Shown: one piece after another, positions 19,079 through 27,175 of the stretch
Layout: the number at the start of each line of letters is the position of its first letter
Numbering within the stretch: position 1 is the stretch's first letter
Origin: an uncultured Lachnospiraceae bacterium
Lineage (GTDB): Bacteria; Bacillota; Clostridia; Lachnospirales; Lachnospiraceae
Direction: 5' to 3'
Assembly (NCBI GenBank): GCA_900315505.1
Contig: OMZG01000006.1
Span: forward strand, 1 to 64,000
Length of the DNA: 64,000 nucleotides
The notes under the pieces: model-generated
What the model was told of the DNA's origin: nothing
The model's database searches: none
The model's input: the letters and a program-made list of their open reading frames with translations, nothing else
Made by a program: the position numbers and the translations under genes

Positions 19079-21556
19079 ATGAGCCATTTAGAGAAACTGG
19101 ACAAGGACACTATCAAGGATGAGATAAAGAAAAATGTCAGGCATCTTTATCGTAAGGAGTTTAAGGAAGCTACAGAGAAGGAGATATTCCAGGCAGTTTC
19201 CCTGGTGGTAAAGGACGAGATCATTGACGACTGGCTCGCAACCCAGAAGGCAATGGAAAAGGAAGACCCGAAGACCGTTTACTACATGTCGATGGAATTC
19301 CTGATGGGCCGTGCTTTAGGAAACAATATGCTCAACCTCTGTGTATATGATGAGTTCAAGCAGGCACTTGATGAGCTCGGAGTCGATATCGTATCGATCG
19401 AGGATCAGGAGCCTGATCCGGCTCTCGGAAATGGAGGACTTGGAAGGCTTGCAGCATGTTTCCTTGATTCTCTTTCTACTCTTGGCTATCCGGCATATGG
19501 ATGCGGAATCCGCTACAGATACGGTATGTTCAAGCAGAAGATTGAGGATGGCTATCAGAAGGAGGTCCCTGATGACTGGCTCAAGGAAGGCTATCCGTTC
19601 GAGCTGAAGAGAGAGGAGTACACCTTCGAGGTAAAGTTCGGAGGCTATGTCCGCTCAGAGGTAGGCCCGGATGGCAATATCAAGTTCATACAGGAGAATT
19701 ACAATTCAGTACTCGCAGTACCGTATGATATGCCAATCGTCGGCTACAATAATCACGTGGTAAATTCCCTGATGATATGGGATGCGCAGCCGAAGCAGGT
19801 ATTTTCACTTGAGTCATTTGACAAGGGAGATTATCAGAAGGCAGTAGAGGATGAGAATCTTGCGAGATCACTTGTAGAGGTCCTCTATCCGAATGATAAT
19901 CATATCTCAGGAAAGGAGCTTCGTCTGAAGCAGCAGTACTTCTTCGTATCAGCTTCACTTCAGAGAGCTATCCAGAGATTCAAGAAATATCATGATGATA
20001 TCCATGACCTCCCGAAGAAGGTTGTCTTCCAGATGAATGATACGCACCCGACTCTTACAGTCGCAGAGCTTATGAGACTCCTGATGGATGTCGAGGGCTT
20101 AGGCTGGGATGAGGCGTGGGATATCACGACTCACTGCGTGGCATATACGAATCACACTATCATGAACGAGGCGCTGGAGAAGTGGCCAATCGAGATTTTC
20201 TCAAGACTTCTTCCACGTATCTACAATATCGTAGAGGAGATCAACCGTCGTTTCTGTCTGCAGGTTCAGGAGAAGTATCCTGGCGACCAGGGCAAGGTAG
20301 ACCGCATGTCTATCATCTACAATGGCCAGGTGAGAATGGCATATCTCGCTATCGCAGCTGCATATTCAGTAAACGGCGTGGCAAAGCTTCATACAGAGAT
20401 CCTGAAGAAGGAGACCCTGAAAGACTTCTACGAGATGTACCCTGAGAAGTTCAATAACAAGACGAACGGTATCACCCAGAGAAGGTTCCTTCTCCACGGC
20501 AATCCGCTTCTTGCATCATGGGTTACAGACAAGATCGGCGACGGCTGGATCACAGATCTCTCACAGATGAGCAAGCTCAAGGTATTCGTAGATGATGAAA
20601 AGGCACAGCAGGAGTTCCGCACCATCAAGTACAAGAACAAGGTCCGTCTGGCTAAGTATATCAAGGAGCATAATGGAATCGATGTAGATCCGAACTCCAT
20701 CTTCGATGTCCAGGTCAAGAGACTCCATGAGTACAAGAGACAGCTCTTAAATATTCTTCATGTGATGTATGAGTACAACCAGCTCAAGGAGCATCCTGAG
20801 ATTCCTTACTATCCGAAGACATACATATTCGGTGCGAAGGCAGCAGCAGGCTATCGTATCGCCAAGCTTACGATCAAGCTCATCAATAACGTTGCAGCTG
20901 TCATCAATAATGACAAGAGTATCAATGGAAAAATAAAGGTCGTATTCATCGAGGATTACAAGGTATCCAATGCAGAGCTCATCTTCGCGGCTGCTGATGT
21001 ATCAGAGCAGATTTCTACCGCATCGAAGGAGGCTTCCGGTACTTCAAATATGAAGTTCATGCTGAATGGTGCAGTAACCATCGGTACTATGGACGGAGCT
21101 ACCGTAGAGATGGTAGATGAGATGGGTAAGGAGAACGCATTCATCTTCGGTATGAGCGCTGATGAGGTCATAGAGCATGAGCAGAAGAGAGATTACAATC
21201 CTATGGATATCTTCAACTCTGATCAGGACATCAGAAAGGTTCTGATGCAGCTCGTGAGTGGCTTCTACAGCCCTGACAATACCGAGCTGTTCAGACCGAT
21301 CTACAATTCTCTTCTGAATACGAACGATACCCAGTACGCTGATACCTACTTTAACCTCAAGGATTTCAGATCCTATGCCGATGCACAGGCTAAGATTTCC
21401 GAGACCTACCAGGATGAGCAGAAGTGGACACATATGGCGATGATGAATACCGCATGCTGTGGAAAGTTCAGCTCAGACCGTACAATACAGCAGTATGTGG
21501 ACGACATCTGGCATCTCGATCATGTCGTTGTGTCCCCACTTACTGATGAGGAGTGA
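19079..21556 (+). CDS. glgP: Glycogen/maltodextrin phosphorylase
   Basis: PLP-site signature EASGTSNMKFMLNG. 825 aa. Confidence 0.9.
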   Translation: MSHLEKLDKDTIKDEIKKNVRHLYRKEFKEATEKEIFQAVSLVVKDEIIDDWLATQKAMEKEDPKTVYYMSMEFLMGRALGNNMLNLCVYDEFKQALDELGVDIVSIEDQEPDPALGNGGLGRLAACFLDSLSTLGYPAYGCGIRYRYGMFKQKIEDGYQKEVPDDWLKEGYPFELKREEYTFEVKFGGYVRSEVGPDGNIKFIQENYNSVLAVPYDMPIVGYNNHVVNSLMIWDAQPKQVFSLESFDKGDYQKAVEDENLARSLVEVLYPNDNHISGKELRLKQQYFFVSASLQRAIQRFKKYHDDIHDLPKKVVFQMNDTHPTLTVAELMRLLMDVEGLGWDEAWDITTHCVAYTNHTIMNEALEKWPIEIFSRLLPRIYNIVEEINRRFCLQVQEKYPGDQGKVDRMSIIYNGQVRMAYLAIAAAYSVNGVAKLHTEILKKETLKDFYEMYPEKFNNKTNGITQRRFLLHGNPLLASWVTDKIGDGWITDLSQMSKLKVFVDDEKAQQEFRTIKYKNKVRLAKYIKEHNGIDVDPNSIFDVQVKRLHEYKRQLLNILHVMYEYNQLKEHPEIPYYPKTYIFGAKAAAGYRIAKLTIKLINNVAAVINNDKSINGKIKVVFIEDYKVSNAELIFAAADVSEQISTASKEASGTSNMKFMLNGAVTIGTMDGATVEMVDEMGKENAFIFGMSADEVIEHEQKRDYNPMDIFNSDQDIRKVLMQLVSGFYSPDNTELFRPIYNSLLNTNDTQYADTYFNLKDFRSYADAQAKISETYQDEQKWTHMAMMNTACCGKFSSDRTIQQYVDDIWHLDHVVVSPLTDEE

Positions 21557-21640
21557 CAGATAAGTCGATGCTCAGCCGACACAGATAGTTGCAAACGCGC
21601 AACTTCTGTGTCGTCTTCACATCTCTTAATTGATAATACT

Positions 21641-23173
21641 ATGAGTAATAATGATTTCAGAGAAGTACCTGATGACGAGATAACAGATGTGTCCGGGGAA
21701 GATAAAAAAGAATCTGACAGCGACTACGAGGACATCTGCTATATGTGCAGACGGCCGGAGCATGTAGCCGGGAAGATGATACATATGCCGGGAGGCATCT
21801 CAATCTGCCATGACTGCATGCAGAAGACGTTTGATACGATGGGAAATTACGCGCCGGGATCATTTTTCCCTGGTGGCGGCTTTACCGGGCTTGATCCGGA
21901 TGATTCGCATTCTACGAACAATTCGAACTACAATGGCATTCCGCTCTTCAACCTGAATGACATAGCAAGCTTCCTTTCGACTACTCCGGGTGTTCCCGAG
22001 AATCAGAAGCTGAAGAAGAAAAAAAAGAAGAAGGATGAAGACGGCGAGGAGAAGGAAGCACCTGCACTCGACATCAAGAACATCCCGCCTCCGCACAAGA
22101 TAAAGGCAAAGCTTGATGAGTACATAGTGGGCCAGGATAAGGCGAAGAAGATCATGTCTGTCGCTGTTTACAATCATTACAAGAGAGTTGTCGAGAGTGA
22201 GAATCTCCTTGATAATGACGACGATGTAGAGATCGAGAAGAGCAATATCCTGATGCTGGGTCCTACCGGCTCAGGAAAGACCTACATGGTAAAGACCCTT
22301 GCGAAGCTTCTCGATGTGCCTCTTGCCATCACTGATGCCACGTCTCTCACAGAGGCCGGCTACATAGGTGACGATATAGAGTCTGTCGTGAGCAAGCTTC
22401 TTGCAGCAGCTGACAATGATGTGGAGAAGGCCGAGAAGGGCATTATTTTCATCGATGAGATAGACAAGCTGGCAAAGAAGAATTCAGCTACGAACCGTGA
22501 TATCAATGGTGAGTCAGTCCAGCAGGGAATGCTGAAGCTCCTTGAGGGAGCAGAGGTCGAGGTTCCTGTCGGAGCATCAAGCAAAAATGCTATGGTTCCA
22601 ATGACTATCGTTGATACAAGCAATATCCTGTTTATCTGCGGCGGTGCTTTCCCCAGACTTACCGATGTGATAAAGGAGAGACTCAAGAAGTCAAGCTCCA
22701 TCGGATTCGTTTCAGATCTAGGTGATGAGTACGACGATGATGAGAATATCCTCGACAAGGTGACATCTGAGGATCTCCGCAAGTTCGGATTCATCCCTGA
22801 GTTCATCGGCCGACTGCCTGTGATCTGCACGCTTCAGCCACTCAGCAAGGAGATGCTGGTAAAGATACTTACAGAGCCAAAGAATGCTATTATCAAGCAG
22901 TACCAGAAGCTCTTATCTCTTGATGAGGTGAAGCTCAATTTCGAGACGGAAGCACTCGACTATATAGCCGAGGAGGCCCAGAAGAGAAAGCTTGGTGCCC
23001 GTGCCCTCCGCTCGATCATCGAGGAATTCATGAATGATATCATGTATGAGATCCCGAAGGATCCGAATATAGGTGAAGTCACTATCACAAAGGACTATAT
23101 AGAGGGCAAGGGTTCGCCGAAGATCACAATGAGATCAAGCGATGTAGTGCCAAAGCTGGCAGTAAACGAATGA
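21641..23173 (+). CDS. clpX: ClpX-type AAA+ unfoldase with Lys/Asp/Glu-rich insert
   Basis: C4 zinc-binding N-domain (CYMC...CHDC), Walker A motif GPTGSGKT, and IIFIDEIDK. A low-complexity KKKKKKKDEDGEEKE insertion is present. The track start at 21608 is GTG. Confidence 0.75.
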   Translation: MSNNDFREVPDDEITDVSGEDKKESDSDYEDICYMCRRPEHVAGKMIHMPGGISICHDCMQKTFDTMGNYAPGSFFPGGGFTGLDPDDSHSTNNSNYNGIPLFNLNDIASFLSTTPGVPENQKLKKKKKKKDEDGEEKEAPALDIKNIPPPHKIKAKLDEYIVGQDKAKKIMSVAVYNHYKRVVESENLLDNDDDVEIEKSNILMLGPTGSGKTYMVKTLAKLLDVPLAITDATSLTEAGYIGDDIESVVSKLLAAADNDVEKAEKGIIFIDEIDKLAKKNSATNRDINGESVQQGMLKLLEGAEVEVPVGASSKNAMVPMTIVDTSNILFICGGAFPRLTDVIKERLKKSSSIGFVSDLGDEYDDDENILDKVTSEDLRKFGFIPEFIGRLPVICTLQPLSKEMLVKILTEPKNAIIKQYQKLLSLDEVKLNFETEALDYIAEEAQKRKLGARALRSIIEEFMNDIMYEIPKDPNIGEVTITKDYIEGKGSPKITMRSSDVVPKLAVNE

Positions 23174-23664
23174 ACAGTATCGAAATAAAAGGTGTAAAAA
23201 GCATAATGACCCATCTCCTGACACGTGAGACGTTTGACGGTTTCATAATCAGCGAGGCAAGGGTCAGGACTTTTGTGACCTATACTATCGACGGGACTTT
23301 CCAGCCGGATTTTTTTACCGAAGAAGAAAAAGAAAGTGACAACTTCCCCACGGAGACATTTGTAAGATATGCTTCCGTGAGGAAATTTTTGTTTGAGATA
23401 ATAAAGGGCAAGAGGACTCCGACGTACATGAAGCTTGTATTTCATGCGCCTTCACTGCTCATTGAGCGTCTTATCGAAAAAAGTGGATCAACTTTTACAA
23501 AGGATGATGTGAATTCACTGACTGCCACAGTTTCTTTCAGAGGCGGAAAAGTGACGATTGTGACGGGTACGAACTACAGGGTTTTCTCGCCGGACAGATC
23601 ACTTGACGAAGCCTGGGACAGTTTTTTTGAGAGATTTCTGACAAAAAACAACATAGAATTTTGA
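23170..23664 (+). CDS. Hypothetical protein
   Basis: 164 aa. Overlaps the clpX stop by ATGA. No recognizable motif. Confidence 0.4.
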   Translation: MNSIEIKGVKSIMTHLLTRETFDGFIISEARVRTFVTYTIDGTFQPDFFTEEEKESDNFPTETFVRYASVRKFLFEIIKGKRTPTYMKLVFHAPSLLIERLIEKSGSTFTKDDVNSLTATVSFRGGKVTIVTGTNYRVFSPDRSLDEAWDSFFERFLTKNNIEF

Positions 23665-23764
23665 AAATGTACTTTACTTCGAACGAAAAGTGGATTACAA
23701 TAAGTATGTTATAAGTTTATGATGTTTTAATAATTAAAGCATCGGTTTTTGGAGGATCAAAGAA

Positions 23765-23965
23765 ATGAGAGGTACAGTCAAGTGGTTTAATAACCAGAAG
23801 GGATATGGTTTCATCTCTGACGGCGAAGGAAAGGACGTATTCGTTCACTATTCAGGAATCGCCGGAGAAGGATTCAAGACTTTAGCCGAGGGCGCCACAG
23901 TCGAGTACGATGTGACCGAAGGAGCCAAGGGACCTCAGGCAGTCAATGTCAAGGTAGTCAAGTAA
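23765..23965 (+). CDS. Cold-shock protein (CspA family)
   Basis: [17 protein letters not shown] signature. 66 aa. Confidence 0.9.
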   Translation: MRGTVKWFNNQKGYGFISDGEGKDVFVHYSGIAGEGFKTLAEGATVEYDVTEGAKGPQAVNVKVVK

Positions 23966-23972
23966 AACATGA

Positions 23973-24012
23973 GATGAAAAAGGGGACAGGTCCCTTTTTC
24001 ATCTTTTTTTTT
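23973..24012. terminator. Palindromic terminator module, copy 2
   Basis: GATGAAAAAGGGGAC-AG-GTCCCTTTTTCATC followed by T9. Confidence 0.6.
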
Positions 24013-24069
24013 GCATCAAAATCATATATAATAAGTTGGACTGGCAAATGAAAAGAAACAGGACAACAG

Positions 24070-24927
24070 ATGTATAAGATTATTATAGACAGTTGCGGTG
24101 AGTTCACGCCGCATATGAAGGAAGATAAAGAACATTTCGCACATGTGGCTCTGACGCTTCAGGTAGGAAGCTGGGAACAGATCGATGACGAGACCTTTGA
24201 CCAGAGGATTTTTCTCAAGAAGATGAAGGACTCCAAAGAGCCGCCACATTCTGCCTGTCCATCACCGGCAGCGTATCTCGCAGCGATTGAGGATGCTGAC
24301 GCAGAGAATGTATATATAATCACGCTTTCAGCAAAGCTTTCAGGTTCATACAATGCAGCAGTCCTTGCGAAGAGCCTCTACGAAGAGGATCATGAGGATG
24401 AAGAGGATGAGCAGAAGAATATACATGTCTTTGATTCGAAGTCTGCGTCGATCGGGCAGACGCTCATTGCTCAGCATATAGAGGCAGCCGAGAAAGAAGG
24501 GCTGTTATTTGATGAAGTGATAAAAAAGGTGGATGCTTTTATAAAAGAAGAGCACACATTTTTCGTACTTGAATCCCTTGATACATTAAGAAAAGCAGGA
24601 CGTCTGGGGTCGCTAAAGGCAATGCTTGCAACAACGCTTTCGATAAAGCCTGTAATGGGCTCGACTCCTGAGGGTTCGATACAGCAGCTCAGCCAGGCAA
24701 GAGGAATGGTAAGGTCACTTGACAAGATGGTCGAGTGTATGGTGCAGGTGACGGCACATCCACAGGACAAGGTCGTGGCGATTTCACACTGCAACGCCCC
24801 GGACACGGCTTCCTCTCTCAAGGAAAAGGTGAAGCGGACAGGGCTCTTCAAGGACGTGTTCGTGCTGGATACAGACGGGGTTGCATCGATGTATGCGGGT
24901 CCTGGTGGGGTTATTATGGCAGTATAG
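24070..24927 (+). CDS. DegV-family fatty-acid-binding protein
   Basis: MYKIIIDSCGEF start and the overall DegV pattern. Confidence 0.75.
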   Translation: MYKIIIDSCGEFTPHMKEDKEHFAHVALTLQVGSWEQIDDETFDQRIFLKKMKDSKEPPHSACPSPAAYLAAIEDADAENVYIITLSAKLSGSYNAAVLAKSLYEEDHEDEEDEQKNIHVFDSKSASIGQTLIAQHIEAAEKEGLLFDEVIKKVDAFIKEEHTFFVLESLDTLRKAGRLGSLKAMLATTLSIKPVMGSTPEGSIQQLSQARGMVRSLDKMVECMVQVTAHPQDKVVAISHCNAPDTASSLKEKVKRTGLFKDVFVLDTDGVASMYAGPGGVIMAV

Positions 24928-24971
24928 GCCTGGTACGGACTATAACGGATAATGACTACATGAGGATTTGC

Positions 24972-26246
24972 ATGAACACATACAACGACACTGTAAAGAA
25001 AATAGAAAATATTAAGCGGTTTGGCAACAAATCCGGTCGCGAGGTGACAGAGCGTCTGTTGCCCAGGCTTGGGAATCCTGATAAGGGGATGAAGATTTTC
25101 CATATTGCAGGAACAAATGGCAAGGGCTCTGTCGCTATGTATATCGCTGCGGCTCTTGAAGCTAATGGCTATAAGACCGGACTCTTTACCTCTCCGCACC
25201 TGATCACGATTCGTGAGAGAATCCAGGTGAACCGTGAGTACATCAGTGAGGATGATTTCGCAAGACTTGCAGAGCAGGTGCTTTCAGTTCAGATGGATGA
25301 AGGATATGAGCCGACGTTTTTTGATATATGTCTGGCAATTGCACTTCTGTACTTCAGGGAGCAGGAATGTGACTATGTAGTCCTGGAGACCGGTCTCGGT
25401 GGGAGGCTTGATTCCACGAGAGGCATATCCGAGACTCCGGTGGTCGGTGTGATCACGGCTATCGGATATGACCACACAGCGATCCTTGGCGATACGCTCG
25501 AGAAGATTGCCGGGGAAAAGGCCGGCATCATCAGAGAGAATATGCCGATGGTATTTGCTCATAATCTGCCAACGGTAATAAGGACCCTTGAGAGCTATAC
25601 AAATGGCTACTATGAGTGTGATGAGGCCTATGACAAGACAGTGCATGATTCGGTTTCGGCACCACTCATAATGGCCTCTATGAAAGCACAGCTCAGGGAT
25701 CCGTCTATGAGACCGCCGCTCCTAGGAGAATTCCAGTACGACAATCTGGCAGCTGCATTTGCAGCGCTTGAATTCTCTGAGTCATATTGTGATGCAGAGA
25801 AGGCCATGGAAGGTATCCGTTCCGTGAAGTGGCCGGCACGAATTCAGAAGATAAGTGATGATCCGCTTTTTATAGTAGATGGTTCCCACAACCCACAGGG
25901 AGTCAAGGCTCTTTCTGATACATTAAAAAAGGCTTATCCCGGCCGGAAGTTTGTTTTTCTCATGGCGGCTATGGCGGATAAGGATGTGCGCCACATGATA
26001 GGGCGCACGAGGTCGATAGCAGAGATGTATCTGTGTGTGAAGGCTGACAATCCGAGAAGCCTGGATGCCGGGGCACTTGCAGGGATGGTTCGGGACGCAG
26101 GTGCGCAGGCCGAGCCCTTTGGAAACCTCAGTGATGCGCTGACGCTTGCGATGGAGCTTGCCACGAAGAACAGGTCGCTTGGAATCGTGGCATTCGGGTC
26201 ACTGTATTTCGCAGGAGAGATTTTAGAAAATGTATCTGGCAATTAA
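24972..26246 (+). CDS. folC: Folylpolyglutamate synthase/dihydrofolate synthase
   Basis: Mur-ligase P-loop IAGTNGKGS. RBS GAGGA is 5 nt before the ATG at 24972. The track ORF at 24735 is an upstream extension that overlaps the DegV gene. Confidence 0.85.
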   Translation: MNTYNDTVKKIENIKRFGNKSGREVTERLLPRLGNPDKGMKIFHIAGTNGKGSVAMYIAAALEANGYKTGLFTSPHLITIRERIQVNREYISEDDFARLAEQVLSVQMDEGYEPTFFDICLAIALLYFREQECDYVVLETGLGGRLDSTRGISETPVVGVITAIGYDHTAILGDTLEKIAGEKAGIIRENMPMVFAHNLPTVIRTLESYTNGYYECDEAYDKTVHDSVSAPLIMASMKAQLRDPSMRPPLLGEFQYDNLAAAFAALEFSESYCDAEKAMEGIRSVKWPARIQKISDDPLFIVDGSHNPQGVKALSDTLKKAYPGRKFVFLMAAMADKDVRHMIGRTRSIAEMYLCVKADNPRSLDAGALAGMVRDAGAQAEPFGNLSDALTLAMELATKNRSLGIVAFGSLYFAGEILENVSGN

Positions 26247-27066
26247 TAGCGGAGTCCTGACGGACTGGCTTAAGAAATTCTTATCCGGCTCTCTGGACTT
26301 TTTCTGGAGCGTGGTGATCGCCCTGATCGTCTGGTTCGTTGGGGCGAAGGTCATCAGGTTCATTCGAAAGGTGGTACGTACCGCCCTTGAGAAAAGAGAT
26401 GTCGATAAGGGGGTAGCGCAGTTCACCGACGGAGTGCTGAATGTCGCCTGTTATGTGGTGCTCATCCTTATTATCTTAAATCTGTTCGGGATTCAGACCT
26501 CATCAGTCGCAGCCGCTGTGGCATCTCTCGGACTGACCGCCGGACTTGCACTGCAGGGTTCTCTGTCGAACTTCGCAGGCGGAGTACTCATACTCGTGCT
26601 GAAGCCGTTTAAGGTCGGTGATTATATCATCGAGGACACGCACAAGAACGAAGGAACGGTTGCAGAGATATCGATATTCTACACCCGCCTCCGCACGATT
26701 GATAATAAGATAGTCGTGATCCCGAACGGGACTCTCGCGAATTCATCTCTTACCAATGTGACGACATCCGATCGCAGGCAGATCGATCTGACATTCGGGA
26801 TCAGCTATGAGGATGATCTGAAGAAGGCAAAGGAGATCCTCTATCATATCGCGCAGACTACAGAGAAGCGGGTAAAGGATACAGACATCCAGGTCTTCGT
26901 GAGAGAGCTCGCAGAGTCATCGGTCAATCTCGGATTCAGGATCTGGGTACCGATGGACGACTACTGGAGCGTACTCTGGGAGATAAACGAACGGGTGAAG
27001 CTGACCTTCGATAAGGAAGGCATCACGATACCGTATAATCAGCTGGATGTGACACTTAAAAGTTGA
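26230..27066 (+). CDS. MscS-family mechanosensitive channel
   Basis: The PFKVGDYI...IPNGTLANSSLTNVT MscS core and three N-terminal TM segments. Confidence 0.85.
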   Translation: MYLAINSGVLTDWLKKFLSGSLDFFWSVVIALIVWFVGAKVIRFIRKVVRTALEKRDVDKGVAQFTDGVLNVACYVVLILIILNLFGIQTSSVAAAVASLGLTAGLALQGSLSNFAGGVLILVLKPFKVGDYIIEDTHKNEGTVAEISIFYTRLRTIDNKIVVIPNGTLANSSLTNVTTSDRRQIDLTFGISYEDDLKKAKEILYHIAQTTEKRVKDTDIQVFVRELAESSVNLGFRIWVPMDDYWSVLWEINERVKLTFDKEGITIPYNQLDVTLKS

Positions 27067-27168
27067 GAGTTGAGAGTTAAGAGTTAAGAGTTTAACGTTA
27101 GAATTTTGTTATAACTCATAACTTTAAACTCTTAACTTTAAACTCATAACTTTAAACTTACAGAGAAA
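27066..27168 (+). repeat. Tandem-repeat strand-asymmetric hairpin
   Basis: (GAGTTRA)n arm, then (AACTY/TTTAAACTC)n arm. 27086-27095 pairs perfectly with 27123-27132. Confidence 0.45.
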
Positions 27169-27175
27169 GGACTTC

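Noticed and set aside
24735-24971. Upstream extension of folC overlapping DegV
   Set aside because: The GAGGA RBS and the conserved FolC N-terminus begin at 24972. The extension is out of character and overlaps the DegV coding sequence.
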